Below are positions 21,591 through 31,844 of a DNA stretch of 64,000 nt, piece after piece. Numbering within the stretch: position 1 is the first letter of the stretch; every line of letters begins with the position of its first letter. This DNA is from an uncultured Bacteroides sp. (GTDB taxonomy: Bacteria; Bacteroidota; Bacteroidia; G022818785). The DNA lies in NCBI GenBank assembly GCA_964620755.1, contig CAZUHH010000008.1, positions 19,650-83,649 of the forward strand, written 5' to 3'. Under the pieces are notes generated by a model. That model had not been told where the DNA came from. It did not search any database and worked only from the letters and a program-made list of their open reading frames with translations. The position numbers and the translations under genes are program-made.

Positions 21591-22865
21591 ATGAAGATTT
21601 TAACTCAACATAAAAATATTAATAATATTATAGATTATTTAAAATTTGGTGGATATAATGCATTGAAAAAAGCACTTAAAACAATGAGTCCCAAAGATAT
21701 TAGAGAAGAAGTTAAAAAATCTAAGCTAAGAGGTAGAGGCGGAGCTGGATTCCCTACTTATTTAAAATGGGAATTTATTACTAAAAGCAATAATGAAAAT
21801 AAATATTTTATATGTAATGCAGATGAAAGCGAGCCAGGAACTTTTAAAGATAGAGAAATAATGATTCACAATCCTCATATGTTAATAGAAGGCATAATAT
21901 TATCTAGCTATGCGTTAAATATTAACACTGCATATATATATGTACGTGGTGAGTTTTTTTATATCATTAAAAAATTAAAAATAGCGATTAATGAAGCTTA
22001 TTGCAATAACTTCTTAGGTAACAAAATATTGAACACAGATTATCATTTGAATATATATGTACATCCTGGAGCTGGAGCGTATATATGTGGCGAAGAAACT
22101 GCATTAATAGAATCTTTAGAAGGCAAAAGAGGTAATCCCAGAATTAAACCTCCATTTCCTGCTCAAGAAGGATTATGGGGATATCCTACAATAATTAATA
22201 ATGTAGAAACTATTGCTAATATTTATTGGATTGTTGTAAATGGTGGTAGTGAATATGCAAAAATTGGCACCAATGCAAGTACAGGAACTAAATTAATATC
22301 AGCATGTGGTCATATTAATAATCCTGGTGTATATGAGATAGAATTAGGGTTACCTGTTGAAGAATTTATTTATTCAGAAAAATATTGTGGAGGCATATTA
22401 AATAATAAAAAACTTAAAGCAGTAATACCTGGTGGTACTTCTGTGCCAATTTTACCATATAATTTGATTTTAAATACATATCATGGTAATAAAAGATTAT
22501 TTACATATGAGTCTATGGCAGAAGGAGGTTTACAATACGGATCAATGATAGGTTCTGGAGGATTTATTGTCATGGATGAAGATACTTGTATTGTTAACAA
22601 CACATTAAATTTAATTAGATTTTATAAACACGAGTCGTGTGGTCAATGTAGTCCATGTAGAGAAGGTACTATGTGGATGGAAAATATATTAAAAAATTTA
22701 AAAAATGGTAATAATAATTCTAATACTATAAATTTATTATTAAATATTGCTGATAATATAGAAGGTAATACAATATGTCCTTTTGGTGATGCAGCAGCAG
22801 CTCCTGTTATAAGTGCAATTAGACATTTTAGAAAAGAATTTGAAAATAAATGTAAAAATAAATGA
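21591..22865 (+). CDS. nuoF: NADH-quinone oxidoreductase subunit F
   Basis: 424 aa. FMN/NADH site GRGGAGFPT, CNADESEPGTFKDR, 4Fe-4S ESCGQCSPCREG. Confidence 0.95.
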   Translation: MKILTQHKNINNIIDYLKFGGYNALKKALKTMSPKDIREEVKKSKLRGRGGAGFPTYLKWEFITKSNNENKYFICNADESEPGTFKDREIMIHNPHMLIEGIILSSYALNINTAYIYVRGEFFYIIKKLKIAINEAYCNNFLGNKILNTDYHLNIYVHPGAGAYICGEETALIESLEGKRGNPRIKPPFPAQEGLWGYPTIINNVETIANIYWIVVNGGSEYAKIGTNASTGTKLISACGHINNPGVYEIELGLPVEEFIYSEKYCGGILNNKKLKAVIPGGTSVPILPYNLILNTYHGNKRLFTYESMAEGGLQYGSMIGSGGFIVMDEDTCIVNNTLNLIRFYKHESCGQCSPCREGTMWMENILKNLKNGNNNSNTINLLLNIADNIEGNTICPFGDAAAAPVISAIRHFRKEFENKCKNK

Positions 22866-23821
22866 TTATGAATAATGATATTATTAAAATAATTGTAGAT
22901 AATATTAGTATACAAGTAAAAAAAGGAACTAATATATTAAATGCTATTAGAAGTATAGGAGGAAAAATAGTGCCTCCTGCAATGTGTTATTATTCTAAAT
23001 TGTCACATTCTGGTGGAAAGTGTAGAACTTGCCTAGTAGAAATAACACAATGGTCATATAATAATATGAACCCATCATTAAAATTAGTCACTTCTTGTAC
23101 AACTGAAGCACTCAATGGTATGATAATTAAAAATATAACTTCTGATAAAGTTTTAAAAGCTCGTAAATGGATTGTTGAAATGTTATTGGCTAATCATCCT
23201 TTAGATTGCCCTATATGTGACCAAGCAGGAGAATGTCAATTGCAAGATTTATCATTTCAACATGGTTCTATACAAACTAATTATAATTTTAAAAAAAGAG
23301 TATTTGATAATATCAACATTAGTAAATATATACAATTACATATGAATAGATGCATATTATGTTATAGATGTGTTTTGGTAGGTGATCAATTAACTCCTAA
23401 AAGATTACATGGTGTTATAAATAGGGGAAATAAATCGGAAATTAGTACATATATAAAAAATAATATTGATAATGAATATTCTGGAAATATGATTGATGTA
23501 TGTCCTGTAGGAGCTTTAACTGATAAAACATTTAGATTTAAAACAAGAGTTTGGTATACTAAACCTATTAAAGCTAGTAGAAAATGCAATCAATGTTGTG
23601 GAAAAGTTATACTATGGTATAACGGAGATACAATAGCTAGAATTACTGCCAGAAAAAATAAAAATGGAGAAATAGAAGATTTTATATGCAATAAATGTAG
23701 ATTTAAAAGCAAAGAAAATCATATATGGAACATAGAAAATATAGATTCAATTGATAATAAATCAGTTATTTCTTCTAATTTATATAATGATGATATAGAA
23801 GATATAATAGATAAAAATTAA
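22862..23821 (+). CDS. nuoG: NADH-quinone oxidoreductase subunit G (short form without a molybdopterin-like domain)
   Basis: 319 aa. Fe-S motifs CYYSKLSHSGGKCRTC, HPLDCPICDQAGECQLQD, RCILCYRCV, CPVGALT. Its start overlaps the nuoF stop (ATGA). Confidence 0.9.
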   Translation: MIMNNDIIKIIVDNISIQVKKGTNILNAIRSIGGKIVPPAMCYYSKLSHSGGKCRTCLVEITQWSYNNMNPSLKLVTSCTTEALNGMIIKNITSDKVLKARKWIVEMLLANHPLDCPICDQAGECQLQDLSFQHGSIQTNYNFKKRVFDNINISKYIQLHMNRCILCYRCVLVGDQLTPKRLHGVINRGNKSEISTYIKNNIDNEYSGNMIDVCPVGALTDKTFRFKTRVWYTKPIKASRKCNQCCGKVILWYNGDTIARITARKNKNGEIEDFICNKCRFKSKENHIWNIENIDSIDNKSVISSNLYNDDIEDIIDKN

Positions 23822-24170
23822 GAAATAAGTTATATTATTTATTTTATCAGTTTATATATTTAAATTTAAAAGTATTTTTTTAAATATTTGCTCTATTTTA
23901 GAGGTATAACTATAATAAATATTCCAAAATATTTATAATTATTTTTATTTATCAATCATATATTAATATTGTTTATTGCTGTTATATTTACAATTTTTCA
24001 TTTTATATAATTTACTGATATACAATTTTATGAAAAATTTAGTCTTTTTTTTTATAAAAAAACAAATTTATTTATATAATTTAATATTAATTTTACTATA
24101 AAAATGTATAATAATAGTATTTTATTGGTTTATTAAAATTAATTAATATTGATAATATTTGATTTATTAA

Positions 24171-24734
24171 ATGACTTTTTTTATAAAAAAAAATATTATA
24201 TATAATATAATATTATCTATACTAATAGTATTATCATATATACCTCTTATTGAAACATTATATTATTTAAACTTAAATATTGTTAAATTTTTAATGATAC
24301 AATATTATTGTACTAATACTTTAATTATTGATAGTAATTTTACAAATATTTTATCAATATGTTTTATACCATCTATAATAGAAGAATTAGTGTTTAGAAA
24401 AATTATTCAAAACATTATATTAAATTTTAATTATCATAAAAATATTATAATTACTAGTATATTATTTAGTATGTCTCATATGAATATATCATTTTTAATA
24501 CCATTATTTACAATAAGTGTAATTTATGGATATATATATCATTGGACTAATAAAATATATATTGTTATTATTATGCATTTTTGTCATAATATAATAGCAG
24601 TACTATTTTACAAATTATTGAATGAATGCTTATTAATAAATTATATTAATAATTATCAATATTTATATTACGTAATTATATCAACTATTTTACTTCTTTT
24701 TTTAGGAAAAATCATATATATATATAATAATTAA
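24171..24734 (+). CDS. CPBP-family intramembrane glutamic endopeptidase (CAAX protease/Abi-like)
   Basis: 187-aa polytopic protein with CPBP motifs EELVFRK, FSMSHMN and HFCHN. Confidence 0.7.
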   Translation: MTFFIKKNIIYNIILSILIVLSYIPLIETLYYLNLNIVKFLMIQYYCTNTLIIDSNFTNILSICFIPSIIEELVFRKIIQNIILNFNYHKNIIITSILFSMSHMNISFLIPLFTISVIYGYIYHWTNKIYIVIIMHFCHNIIAVLFYKLLNECLLINYINNYQYLYYVIISTILLLFLGKIIYIYNN

Positions 24735-24753
24735 ATTATATTTTATAAAAGTC

Positions 24754-25578
24754 ATGACAAATAATCTTATAAATAGAATTATAACTAGTATAATATTAGT
24801 TATAATGATTTTAATATCAAATTTATATGAAATAACATTTTTAATAATGTATTTTATTATATCAATATGTAGTTTATTAGAATTACAGTTTTTATTAAAA
24901 AATACTATTTATAAAAATCAATACAAAATTTGTATTTTAAATGGAATTATAATATATACAACAGTATCAATTATATTACTATATAAAATTTCTAAAATAT
25001 ATATAGTTATGACTATACCATTAATATTTTTTTCTATGATATTATCAATATTAGATGATACAAAATATGCAATTAATAATATATTTGTAAACACGGGAAT
25101 ATTAATATATATAATAATAGGTTTTTTATCATTTATTAATATAAGATTTTTAAATGTTGATGAAGCATATAAAATTACCATGGGTTTACTAATATTAATA
25201 TGGATTTATGACTCAACATCTTATGTAATTGGAACATTATTAGGAAAAAATATCATATTGAAAAATATATCACCTAAAAAAACATGGGAAGGTATTATAG
25301 GTGGTTTGTTAATTAGTATATTGCTAAGTTATAAAATAAATACAATTATAAATTCTGTTTTTAATCAAAGTGACTGGATTATTATTACTTTTATAATAAT
25401 TATATTTGGTACACTAGGAGATTTTATTGAATCTAATATTAAAAGAAATATTAACATTAAAGACACTAGTTATATTTTACCTGGTCATGGAGGTTTTTTA
25501 GACAGATTTGATAGTTTAATTATATCTTCTCCTTTTATTTTGTCATATATAATAATAAAGTATACAAATTTTATATAA
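24754..25578 (+). CDS. cdsA: Phosphatidate cytidylyltransferase (CDP-diglyceride synthase)
   Basis: 274-aa polytopic protein. C-terminal signature SNIKRNINIKDTSYILPGHGGFLDRFDS. Confidence 0.9.
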   Translation: MTNNLINRIITSIILVIMILISNLYEITFLIMYFIISICSLLELQFLLKNTIYKNQYKICILNGIIIYTTVSIILLYKISKIYIVMTIPLIFFSMILSILDDTKYAINNIFVNTGILIYIIIGFLSFINIRFLNVDEAYKITMGLLILIWIYDSTSYVIGTLLGKNIILKNISPKKTWEGIIGGLLISILLSYKINTIINSVFNQSDWIIITFIIIIFGTLGDFIESNIKRNINIKDTSYILPGHGGFLDRFDSLIISSPFILSYIIIKYTNFI

Positions 25579-25585
25579 AAATGTA

Positions 25586-26221
25586 ATGAACACTAGTATT
25601 GTTAATCCTGAAATTGAATATTATGCAGAGAAATATTCTTCAGTAGAAGAAAATATTTTATCAAAAATTAGATGTTATACATTAAACAATTTTAGCAATT
25701 CATATATGATGTCAAGTATTTTGCAAGGTAAAATTATATCAATAATTAGTAAAATATTATGTCCTAATTACATTTTAGAATTAGGTACATATACTGGTTA
25801 TACTACAATATGTCTTGCACAAGGATTACAATCAAATGGTAAAATGATAACTATCGATATAAATAGTAATTTGAATTATTGGTTATATAATAATGTCATT
25901 AATTATAAAAATAATATTGAATATCATAATAACAATGCTAAAAATATTATAAATAAATTACATTATTTATTTGACTTAGTATATGTAGATATTAATAAAA
26001 AAGATTATATATTTTATTATGAAAATATTTTACCTAAAATGAAAAATAACGGTATTATTATATTCGATAATGTTTTATGGAAAGGTACTGTTATTAAAAA
26101 AACTAATAATAAAATTACAAAGTATATGCAAAATTTTAATTTAAAAATCAAAAATGATAAAAGAGTTGACAATATTTTATTGCCAATTAGAGATGGATTA
26201 ATGATTGCTAGAAAAATTTAA
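25586..26221 (+). CDS. Class I SAM-dependent O-methyltransferase (family 3, caffeoyl-CoA OMT / TrmR-like)
   Basis: 211 aa. SAM motif I ILELGTYTGYTT; blocks ITIDIN and VYVDINKKDY typical of the family. Confidence 0.7.
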   Translation: MNTSIVNPEIEYYAEKYSSVEENILSKIRCYTLNNFSNSYMMSSILQGKIISIISKILCPNYILELGTYTGYTTICLAQGLQSNGKMITIDINSNLNYWLYNNVINYKNNIEYHNNNAKNIINKLHYLFDLVYVDINKKDYIFYYENILPKMKNNGIIIFDNVLWKGTVIKKTNNKITKYMQNFNLKIKNDKRVDNILLPIRDGLMIARKI

Positions 26222-26999
26222 TATTATTTAACCCAATTTTAAATAATGCTATATCATATTTAATAGGATCTTTATTATCTATATATCTTAATTTAGATGT
26301 TAATTCCAATGCAGAATTCCATTTATTATATTTATTAATTTGACTTATTAAACCAAGTTGATATGCTGCTTTGCTTACATGTAAATCAACAGGACATATT
26401 AAAAAATTGGGTTTTATATTATTCCAAATCCCAAAATCTATTTTTTTATTATCTTTTCTTATCATCCACCTTAAAAACATATTTAATCTTTTACATGCAG
26501 ATCCTTTAAAAGGAGCTGATATATGTTTTTTAGTATGCCCAATTATAAAATTATTGGATTCCCAATTTACTTTAAAATTATTTAATATATGTTCAATTAC
26601 ATTATGACTATTCTGTAATGGATATGTAAAAACTGACTCTAAAGAAGAATATTTTTTATAATGTTGCTTTAAAGCATATATTATATTTTTAATATCATAA
26701 TTATTAAATGTTCTATGTTTAAAACTATTAAATATTAATAAATCTTTTTCAGTATGATTAATAATAAATTTATATGGCTCATTATCCATAAAATTTATAA
26801 TTTCATAACATTTTTTTATAATAATATTTCTTCTGCCCCAAGATAAAAGAGATGTTATAAATCCCATTATCTCAATATCTTGTTTAACATTAAATAAATG
26901 TGGTATTTGTATTGGATCATTTTTTATAAAATTTTCTCTATCAATATTATCATATATTTCATCAAGAAATATTTTTAATCTATTAAAATTAACTTTCAT
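26208..26999 (-). CDS. TIGR02757 / DUF2400-family protein (function unknown)
   Basis: 263 aa. NDPIQIPHLF followed by DIEIMGFITSLLSWGRRNII resembles the TIGR02757 family as I remember it. The 3' end overlaps the convergent methyltransferase gene by 14 nt. Confidence 0.5.
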   Translation of the reverse strand: MKVNFNRLKIFLDEIYDNIDRENFIKNDPIQIPHLFNVKQDIEIMGFITSLLSWGRRNIIIKKCYEIINFMDNEPYKFIINHTEKDLLIFNSFKHRTFNNYDIKNIIYALKQHYKKYSSLESVFTYPLQNSHNVIEHILNNFKVNWESNNFIIGHTKKHISAPFKGSACKRLNMFLRWMIRKDNKKIDFGIWNNIKPNFLICPVDLHVSKAAYQLGLISQINKYNKWNSALELTSKLRYIDNKDPIKYDIALFKIGLNNIKFF

Positions 27000-27026
27000 A
27001 AAACTATGATACTAATTTAATTTTTG

Positions 27027-28772
27027 CTACATATTATAAGGCATTTTAATGCCTAAAATTGTCATTCCTTGTAAAATAACTTTAGCTACTAAATAAGATA
27101 TTGTTATACGAAATAATTTTATATTGTAAGTTGTATTATTAAGTATAATGCAATTATTATAAAATATATTATATTTTTTTGATAACTCATATAAATAGTT
27201 AGTTATTAATGAAGGATTATATAATTTACCAGCTGATATAATACAATCTTCAAATTCACATATAAATATAATTAAATTTCTTTCTTCTATTGTCAATTTA
27301 ATATTTATAACTTGTGATTTTTTTATGAAATAATCATTGACATTATGCTTACAGGCTTTATATAATATTGATATAATTCTTGCATAAGTATATTGAATAA
27401 AAGTAGCAGTATTACCATTTAAATTAATAGATTTATCAATTTTAAATACGATATCCTTTTTAGGATCTATTTTTAAAAAAAAATATTTTATGGCACCTAT
27501 TCCTATTTTAGAATATATTTCTTTATCATTAATTGATTTATTTAAATTTATAATATATTTTCTTGATTTTTCAATTAATAATTCAATAATATTATCAGCA
27601 TCTATTATATTGCCTTCTCTAGATTTCATTTTTCCATCAGGTAAATAAACCATACCATATGATAAATGTTCTATTTCACTTTGTTCTCCAAAAATTTGCA
27701 AAATTTTTTTCAATACTTTAAAATGATATTCTTGTTCATTGCCAACTATATATAGTGATTTAAATATATCTTTAGTAAATCTAATTTTTGATGCAGCTAT
27801 ATCTTGAGTTATATAAACAGAAGTACCATCAGATCTTAATAGTAATTTTTCATCTAATCCATATTGTGATAAGTCAATCCATATAGAATTATCTTTTTTT
27901 TTAAAAACTAAACCTTTTTGTAATGCATCAAAAACAGATTTTTTTCCAATTTTATATAAATTAGATTCAAAATATTCTTTGTCAAAATTAATATCTAATT
28001 TTATACACGTTTTATTAAATCCTTCATAAAACCAATTATTCATTTTATTCCATATATTTATAATTTTTAAATTTTGGTTTTCCCATTTTTTTAACATATA
28101 AGACAATTCTTTTTCTATTGGAGTAACAGATTTATTATCTAATAATAATTTAACTTGTTTTTGATACTCTTCATTGTATTTAACATAATATTTACCAACA
28201 AAATGATCTCCTTTAATTTTAGTGCTATATGGAGTTTGATTATTACCAAATTTTTGCCATGCTAACATTGATTTACATATATGTATACCTCTGTCATTAA
28301 TTAAAATTACCTTAATAACTTTATATCCAATAAAAGATAAAATATTGGAAATTGCATTACCTAAAAAAGCATTACGTAAATGTCCTAAATGTAATGGTTT
28401 ATTCGTATTAGGAGATAAATATTCTATTATTACAGTTTTATTATTAAATGGTAATTTTTTATATTTATTTACCGTTAATAATTTTATAAATAAAGAAAGT
28501 AAATATTCATTTTTAATAGTTACATTTAAAAATCCATTTATTATTTCAAATTTATCAATAATATTATAATTACATTTTATATAATTACCTATTTTGTAGG
28601 CTATATTATATGTATTGTCATTTATTTTAGAATATATACTAAAGAGAAAAATAGTGTAATCACCATTAAAATTTTTAATTGTTTTATTAACATATAAATT
28701 TTTTTCTTTAATATTATATATTTTATTTATAGCTTTTATACTATTTAACTTTAAATGTTCTATTATATACAT
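27027..28772 (-). CDS. argS: Arginine--tRNA ligase
   Basis: 581 aa. HIGH-region SPNTNKPLHLGHLRN, KMSKS-equivalent GKMKSREGN, DALR-type anticodon-binding C-terminus. Confidence 0.92.
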   Translation of the reverse strand: MYIIEHLKLNSIKAINKIYNIKEKNLYVNKTIKNFNGDYTIFLFSIYSKINDNTYNIAYKIGNYIKCNYNIIDKFEIINGFLNVTIKNEYLLSLFIKLLTVNKYKKLPFNNKTVIIEYLSPNTNKPLHLGHLRNAFLGNAISNILSFIGYKVIKVILINDRGIHICKSMLAWQKFGNNQTPYSTKIKGDHFVGKYYVKYNEEYQKQVKLLLDNKSVTPIEKELSYMLKKWENQNLKIINIWNKMNNWFYEGFNKTCIKLDINFDKEYFESNLYKIGKKSVFDALQKGLVFKKKDNSIWIDLSQYGLDEKLLLRSDGTSVYITQDIAASKIRFTKDIFKSLYIVGNEQEYHFKVLKKILQIFGEQSEIEHLSYGMVYLPDGKMKSREGNIIDADNIIELLIEKSRKYIINLNKSINDKEIYSKIGIGAIKYFFLKIDPKKDIVFKIDKSINLNGNTATFIQYTYARIISILYKACKHNVNDYFIKKSQVINIKLTIEERNLIIFICEFEDCIISAGKLYNPSLITNYLYELSKKYNIFYNNCIILNNTTYNIKLFRITISYLVAKVILQGMTILGIKMPYNM

Positions 28773-28799
28773 ATCTATTATAATTTGTAAAACAATACA

Positions 28800-29753
28800 T
28801 TACTTTTTTTTTATATAATGTTTGAATAAAAATTTATTTTGTACAACTTCTAAATTTTCATTTAAAATAATAGAACTTTTTTCCAAATTGGAAATTATAT
28901 TTTTAATTTCTTTTTTTAAAGAACTATTGTTAATAATATTATCAATATTATGATTGATCTTTTCACTTATAGATTCGACATTTAATACTAATAAAGAAAT
29001 ATTATAGGCAATATTAGCAATTCTTGATGATATATTATTAGTATTTTCAATTAATATTTCATTATTAAAAATAATATCTAAAGATTTAATTAATGTATTA
29101 CAATTAAACAATAAATTTGATATTTGATTAACTGTTATATCGCTTTGTTCGCTAAATAAATATACATTATGAATAATAGATGATATTTCTTTTACTAAAT
29201 TAGTATCTTTTAATAATAAATTAATAACATTATTATCATCTAATATATTTTGTGTTATTTTTCTTAAATCATTGGTTATAGTTAATATATTGCTATTATT
29301 ATTTTGAAATGTTTGTAATATATAATCAGTATCAATATTATCAATTGAATTAATAAAATCATTATTTTGTATACTAATTAGTTTATTATAATCTTTACTA
29401 TCTTCAATTATTAATATTTTATTTCCAATGATACCATCTGAACTAATTCGTACTTTAGAATTTATATGAATATAATTAATAAATTTTTTATCAATTTGCA
29501 TATTAACTAATACTTCAGTATTAGGAATAAAATTAATATCTTTAACTGTTCCTATTTTTACACCTAAAAAAAGTATTTTATCTCCTTTTTGAAGACCTTG
29601 AACATTTTTAAATATTGTTGTTATATTACAAGTTTTAGAAAAAACACTATTTTTATTACCTAATATTATAACACCTATTATAAGTAATAATATTCCGATA
29701 AATACAAAAAAACCTAAAATAACTGACTTTCTATTTTTTAAGACAAAATTCAT
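28800..29753 (-). CDS. mlaD: MlaD-like MCE-domain protein (substrate-binding component of a lipid ABC transporter)
   Basis: 317 aa. One N-terminal TM helix, an MCE domain (GLQKGDKILFLGVKIGTVKDI), and a long Asn/Ile-rich helical C-terminus. Adjacent to the ABC ATPase and permease. Confidence 0.75.
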   Translation of the reverse strand: MNFVLKNRKSVILGFFVFIGILLLIIGVIILGNKNSVFSKTCNITTIFKNVQGLQKGDKILFLGVKIGTVKDINFIPNTEVLVNMQIDKKFINYIHINSKVRISSDGIIGNKILIIEDSKDYNKLISIQNNDFINSIDNIDTDYILQTFQNNNSNILTITNDLRKITQNILDDNNVINLLLKDTNLVKEISSIIHNVYLFSEQSDITVNQISNLLFNCNTLIKSLDIIFNNEILIENTNNISSRIANIAYNISLLVLNVESISEKINHNIDNIINNSSLKKEIKNIISNLEKSSIILNENLEVVQNKFLFKHYIKKK

Positions 29754-29765
29754 TAATATTATTAT

Positions 29766-30533
29766 TTATGAGTTAATAAAATTATATCTGTAAAACGATT
29801 GTACATTATCATTTTTATTATTAAACACTTGTTGAAATGTTCCTGTAATATAAAAATTACCATTAATCATTATAGCAATTCTATTGCCTACCTTTTTAGC
29901 ACAAGTTAAATCATGAGTAATAATAATAGATGATTTATTATATTTTTTTTGCAAAAAATTTATTAATTGATTTATAGTATCTGAACTTTTAGGATCTAAT
30001 CCTGATGTTGGTTCATCATATAACATAATTTCTGGGTTAAGCATTAATGCTCTAGCAATGCTTATTCTTTTTTTTTGACCTCCTGATAATTCCATAGGCA
30101 TTTTATCAATTACATTTAATAAATTAACTGATTTTAATGATTGTATTGTTTTTTGATAAATATTTTCATCTTTATTATTATTATGTTTTAGCAAAGAGAA
30201 CTGTAGATTTTCTTTTACGGTCATACTATCATACAATGCGTTATTTTGAAAAGAAACACCCATTTTTAATCTTACTTCATTTAATTCTTTTAAAGATAAA
30301 TTATGAATATTTTTACCTAATACTGTAACTTTACCTTTATCTGGATATATTAGTCCTGTTATAATTTTTATAAGCACTGATTTGCCTACACCAGATCCTC
30401 CTAATATAACTAGGTTTTCTCCTCTATATAAAGACATATTAACATTTTTTAATACATATTCATTATTAAATGATTTTACTAAATTTCTGATTTTAATTAC
30501 AGAATCTTTAAAAGATATATTATTGATTGACAC
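29766..30533 (-). CDS. mlaF: ABC transporter ATP-binding protein (MlaF-like)
   Basis: 255 aa. Walker A GGSGVGKS, signature LSGGQKKR, Walker B MLYDEPTSGLD. Confidence 0.85.
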   Translation of the reverse strand: MSINNISFKDSVIKIRNLVKSFNNEYVLKNVNMSLYRGENLVILGGSGVGKSVLIKIITGLIYPDKGKVTVLGKNIHNLSLKELNEVRLKMGVSFQNNALYDSMTVKENLQFSLLKHNNNKDENIYQKTIQSLKSVNLLNVIDKMPMELSGGQKKRISIARALMLNPEIMLYDEPTSGLDPKSSDTINQLINFLQKKYNKSSIIITHDLTCAKKVGNRIAIMINGNFYITGTFQQVFNNKNDNVQSFYRYNFINS

Positions 30534-30553
30534 TTTGATAAATTTAATATTTG

Positions 30554-31348
30554 CTAAAAATTTTGTATTAAATTAGTTATTTGCAAAACTAATAATTCTT
30601 CAAAAAATATTAATAACATAGATACTACTACAGATAAATTAGATGATCTTCCAACTCCTTGAGTGCCATTTTTTGTATAATAACCATTATAACAACCAAC
30701 TATTCCAATAGTAAAGCCAAACAATACAGATTTTATCATTGTTAAACTTATATCTAATAAAGATATAGAGTCAAATATTTCAATAATAAATAAATTCAAA
30801 CTTATATTTTCATTATAATGGATATTTAAAAATGCACCAAACAAAGATATAAAAACTGCATATACAGTTAATATAGGTATCATTAGAGTACTTGCCAATG
30901 TCCTTGTAACCACTAAAAAATTAAAAGGTTGCATGGCAGAAACTTCCATTGCATCAATTTGTTCTGTTACTCTCATAGATCCCAATTCTGCTGCAATATG
31001 TGAACTAACCTTACCAGCGGCTATTAAAGCAGTTATTACTGGTGCTAACGCACGTACTATTGATATAGATATTATAGAAGGCATCCATGAAAGAGCTCCA
31101 AAATCTGATAAATAAGGTCTTGTTTGATTACAAAAAACAATTCCTGTTATAAATCCTATTATAGATATTAAAAATAAAGATTTATAGCCAGATTCATAAC
31201 ATTGTTGTATTAATTCTTTAATTTCATAAGGAGAAATCCATATTTCCTTAAAAAATCTTACAATAAATTTATATATATTTAATATAATAATAAAAAAATT
31301 GTCTATTTTTTTACCAAATAAATAGTTTAAATTATTATTATTTGTCAT
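30554..31348 (-). CDS. mlaE: ABC transporter permease (MlaE-like)
   Basis: 264-aa polytopic protein with the MlaE/Ttg2B block GSMRVTEQIDAMEV. Confidence 0.82.
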   Translation of the reverse strand: MTNNNNLNYLFGKKIDNFFIIILNIYKFIVRFFKEIWISPYEIKELIQQCYESGYKSLFLISIIGFITGIVFCNQTRPYLSDFGALSWMPSIISISIVRALAPVITALIAAGKVSSHIAAELGSMRVTEQIDAMEVSAMQPFNFLVVTRTLASTLMIPILTVYAVFISLFGAFLNIHYNENISLNLFIIEIFDSISLLDISLTMIKSVLFGFTIGIVGCYNGYYTKNGTQGVGRSSNLSVVVSMLLIFFEELLVLQITNLIQNF

Positions 31349-31517
31349 GTTAATATTAATTAATAATTTTATATTAAATATGAGTTTATAACAAGTATAG
31401 TATTTTTACTTTAAAATATATTATAGATAATTTTAATTAAAAAAATCAACAAAAATATTGAAAAAGTAACTTATTATTATAACAAAGATAATATATAATA
31501 TTTAATATGCCTAATGT

Positions 31518-31844
31518 ATGAAAAAAGCAAAAATAAATATAGAATGTGAATTAGATAACTATAGAATACCAAAAAGAATTATTTGGAAAGCTACTGATAA
31601 TAATAATAAAATTGAATCATGTAAAGCTATGTTTTTATATTTTTGGGATCATAAAGATAAAAATGCATTTAATATAAATTTATGGACAAAAGATATGACA
31701 ATTAATGAAATGAAAATTTTTTTTTATCAAATATTGATAACTATGGCAAATACATTTGAAAAAGCGACAAATGAAAAAAATATAACTGAAGATTTAAAAG
31801 ATTATTGTAAACATTTTATCGATAAAATGAAAATCAATTCTTAG
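31518..31844 (+). CDS. gldC: Gliding-motility-associated protein GldC family
   Basis: 108 aa, the expected family length. Pattern ELD..RIP..I.W.A.D ... WD.KDKN.F.I.LWTKDMTINEMKIFFYQ ... FEKAT matches my recollection of GldC (TIGR03515). Confidence 0.7.
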   Translation: MKKAKINIECELDNYRIPKRIIWKATDNNNKIESCKAMFLYFWDHKDKNAFNINLWTKDMTINEMKIFFYQILITMANTFEKATNEKNITEDLKDYCKHFIDKMKINS

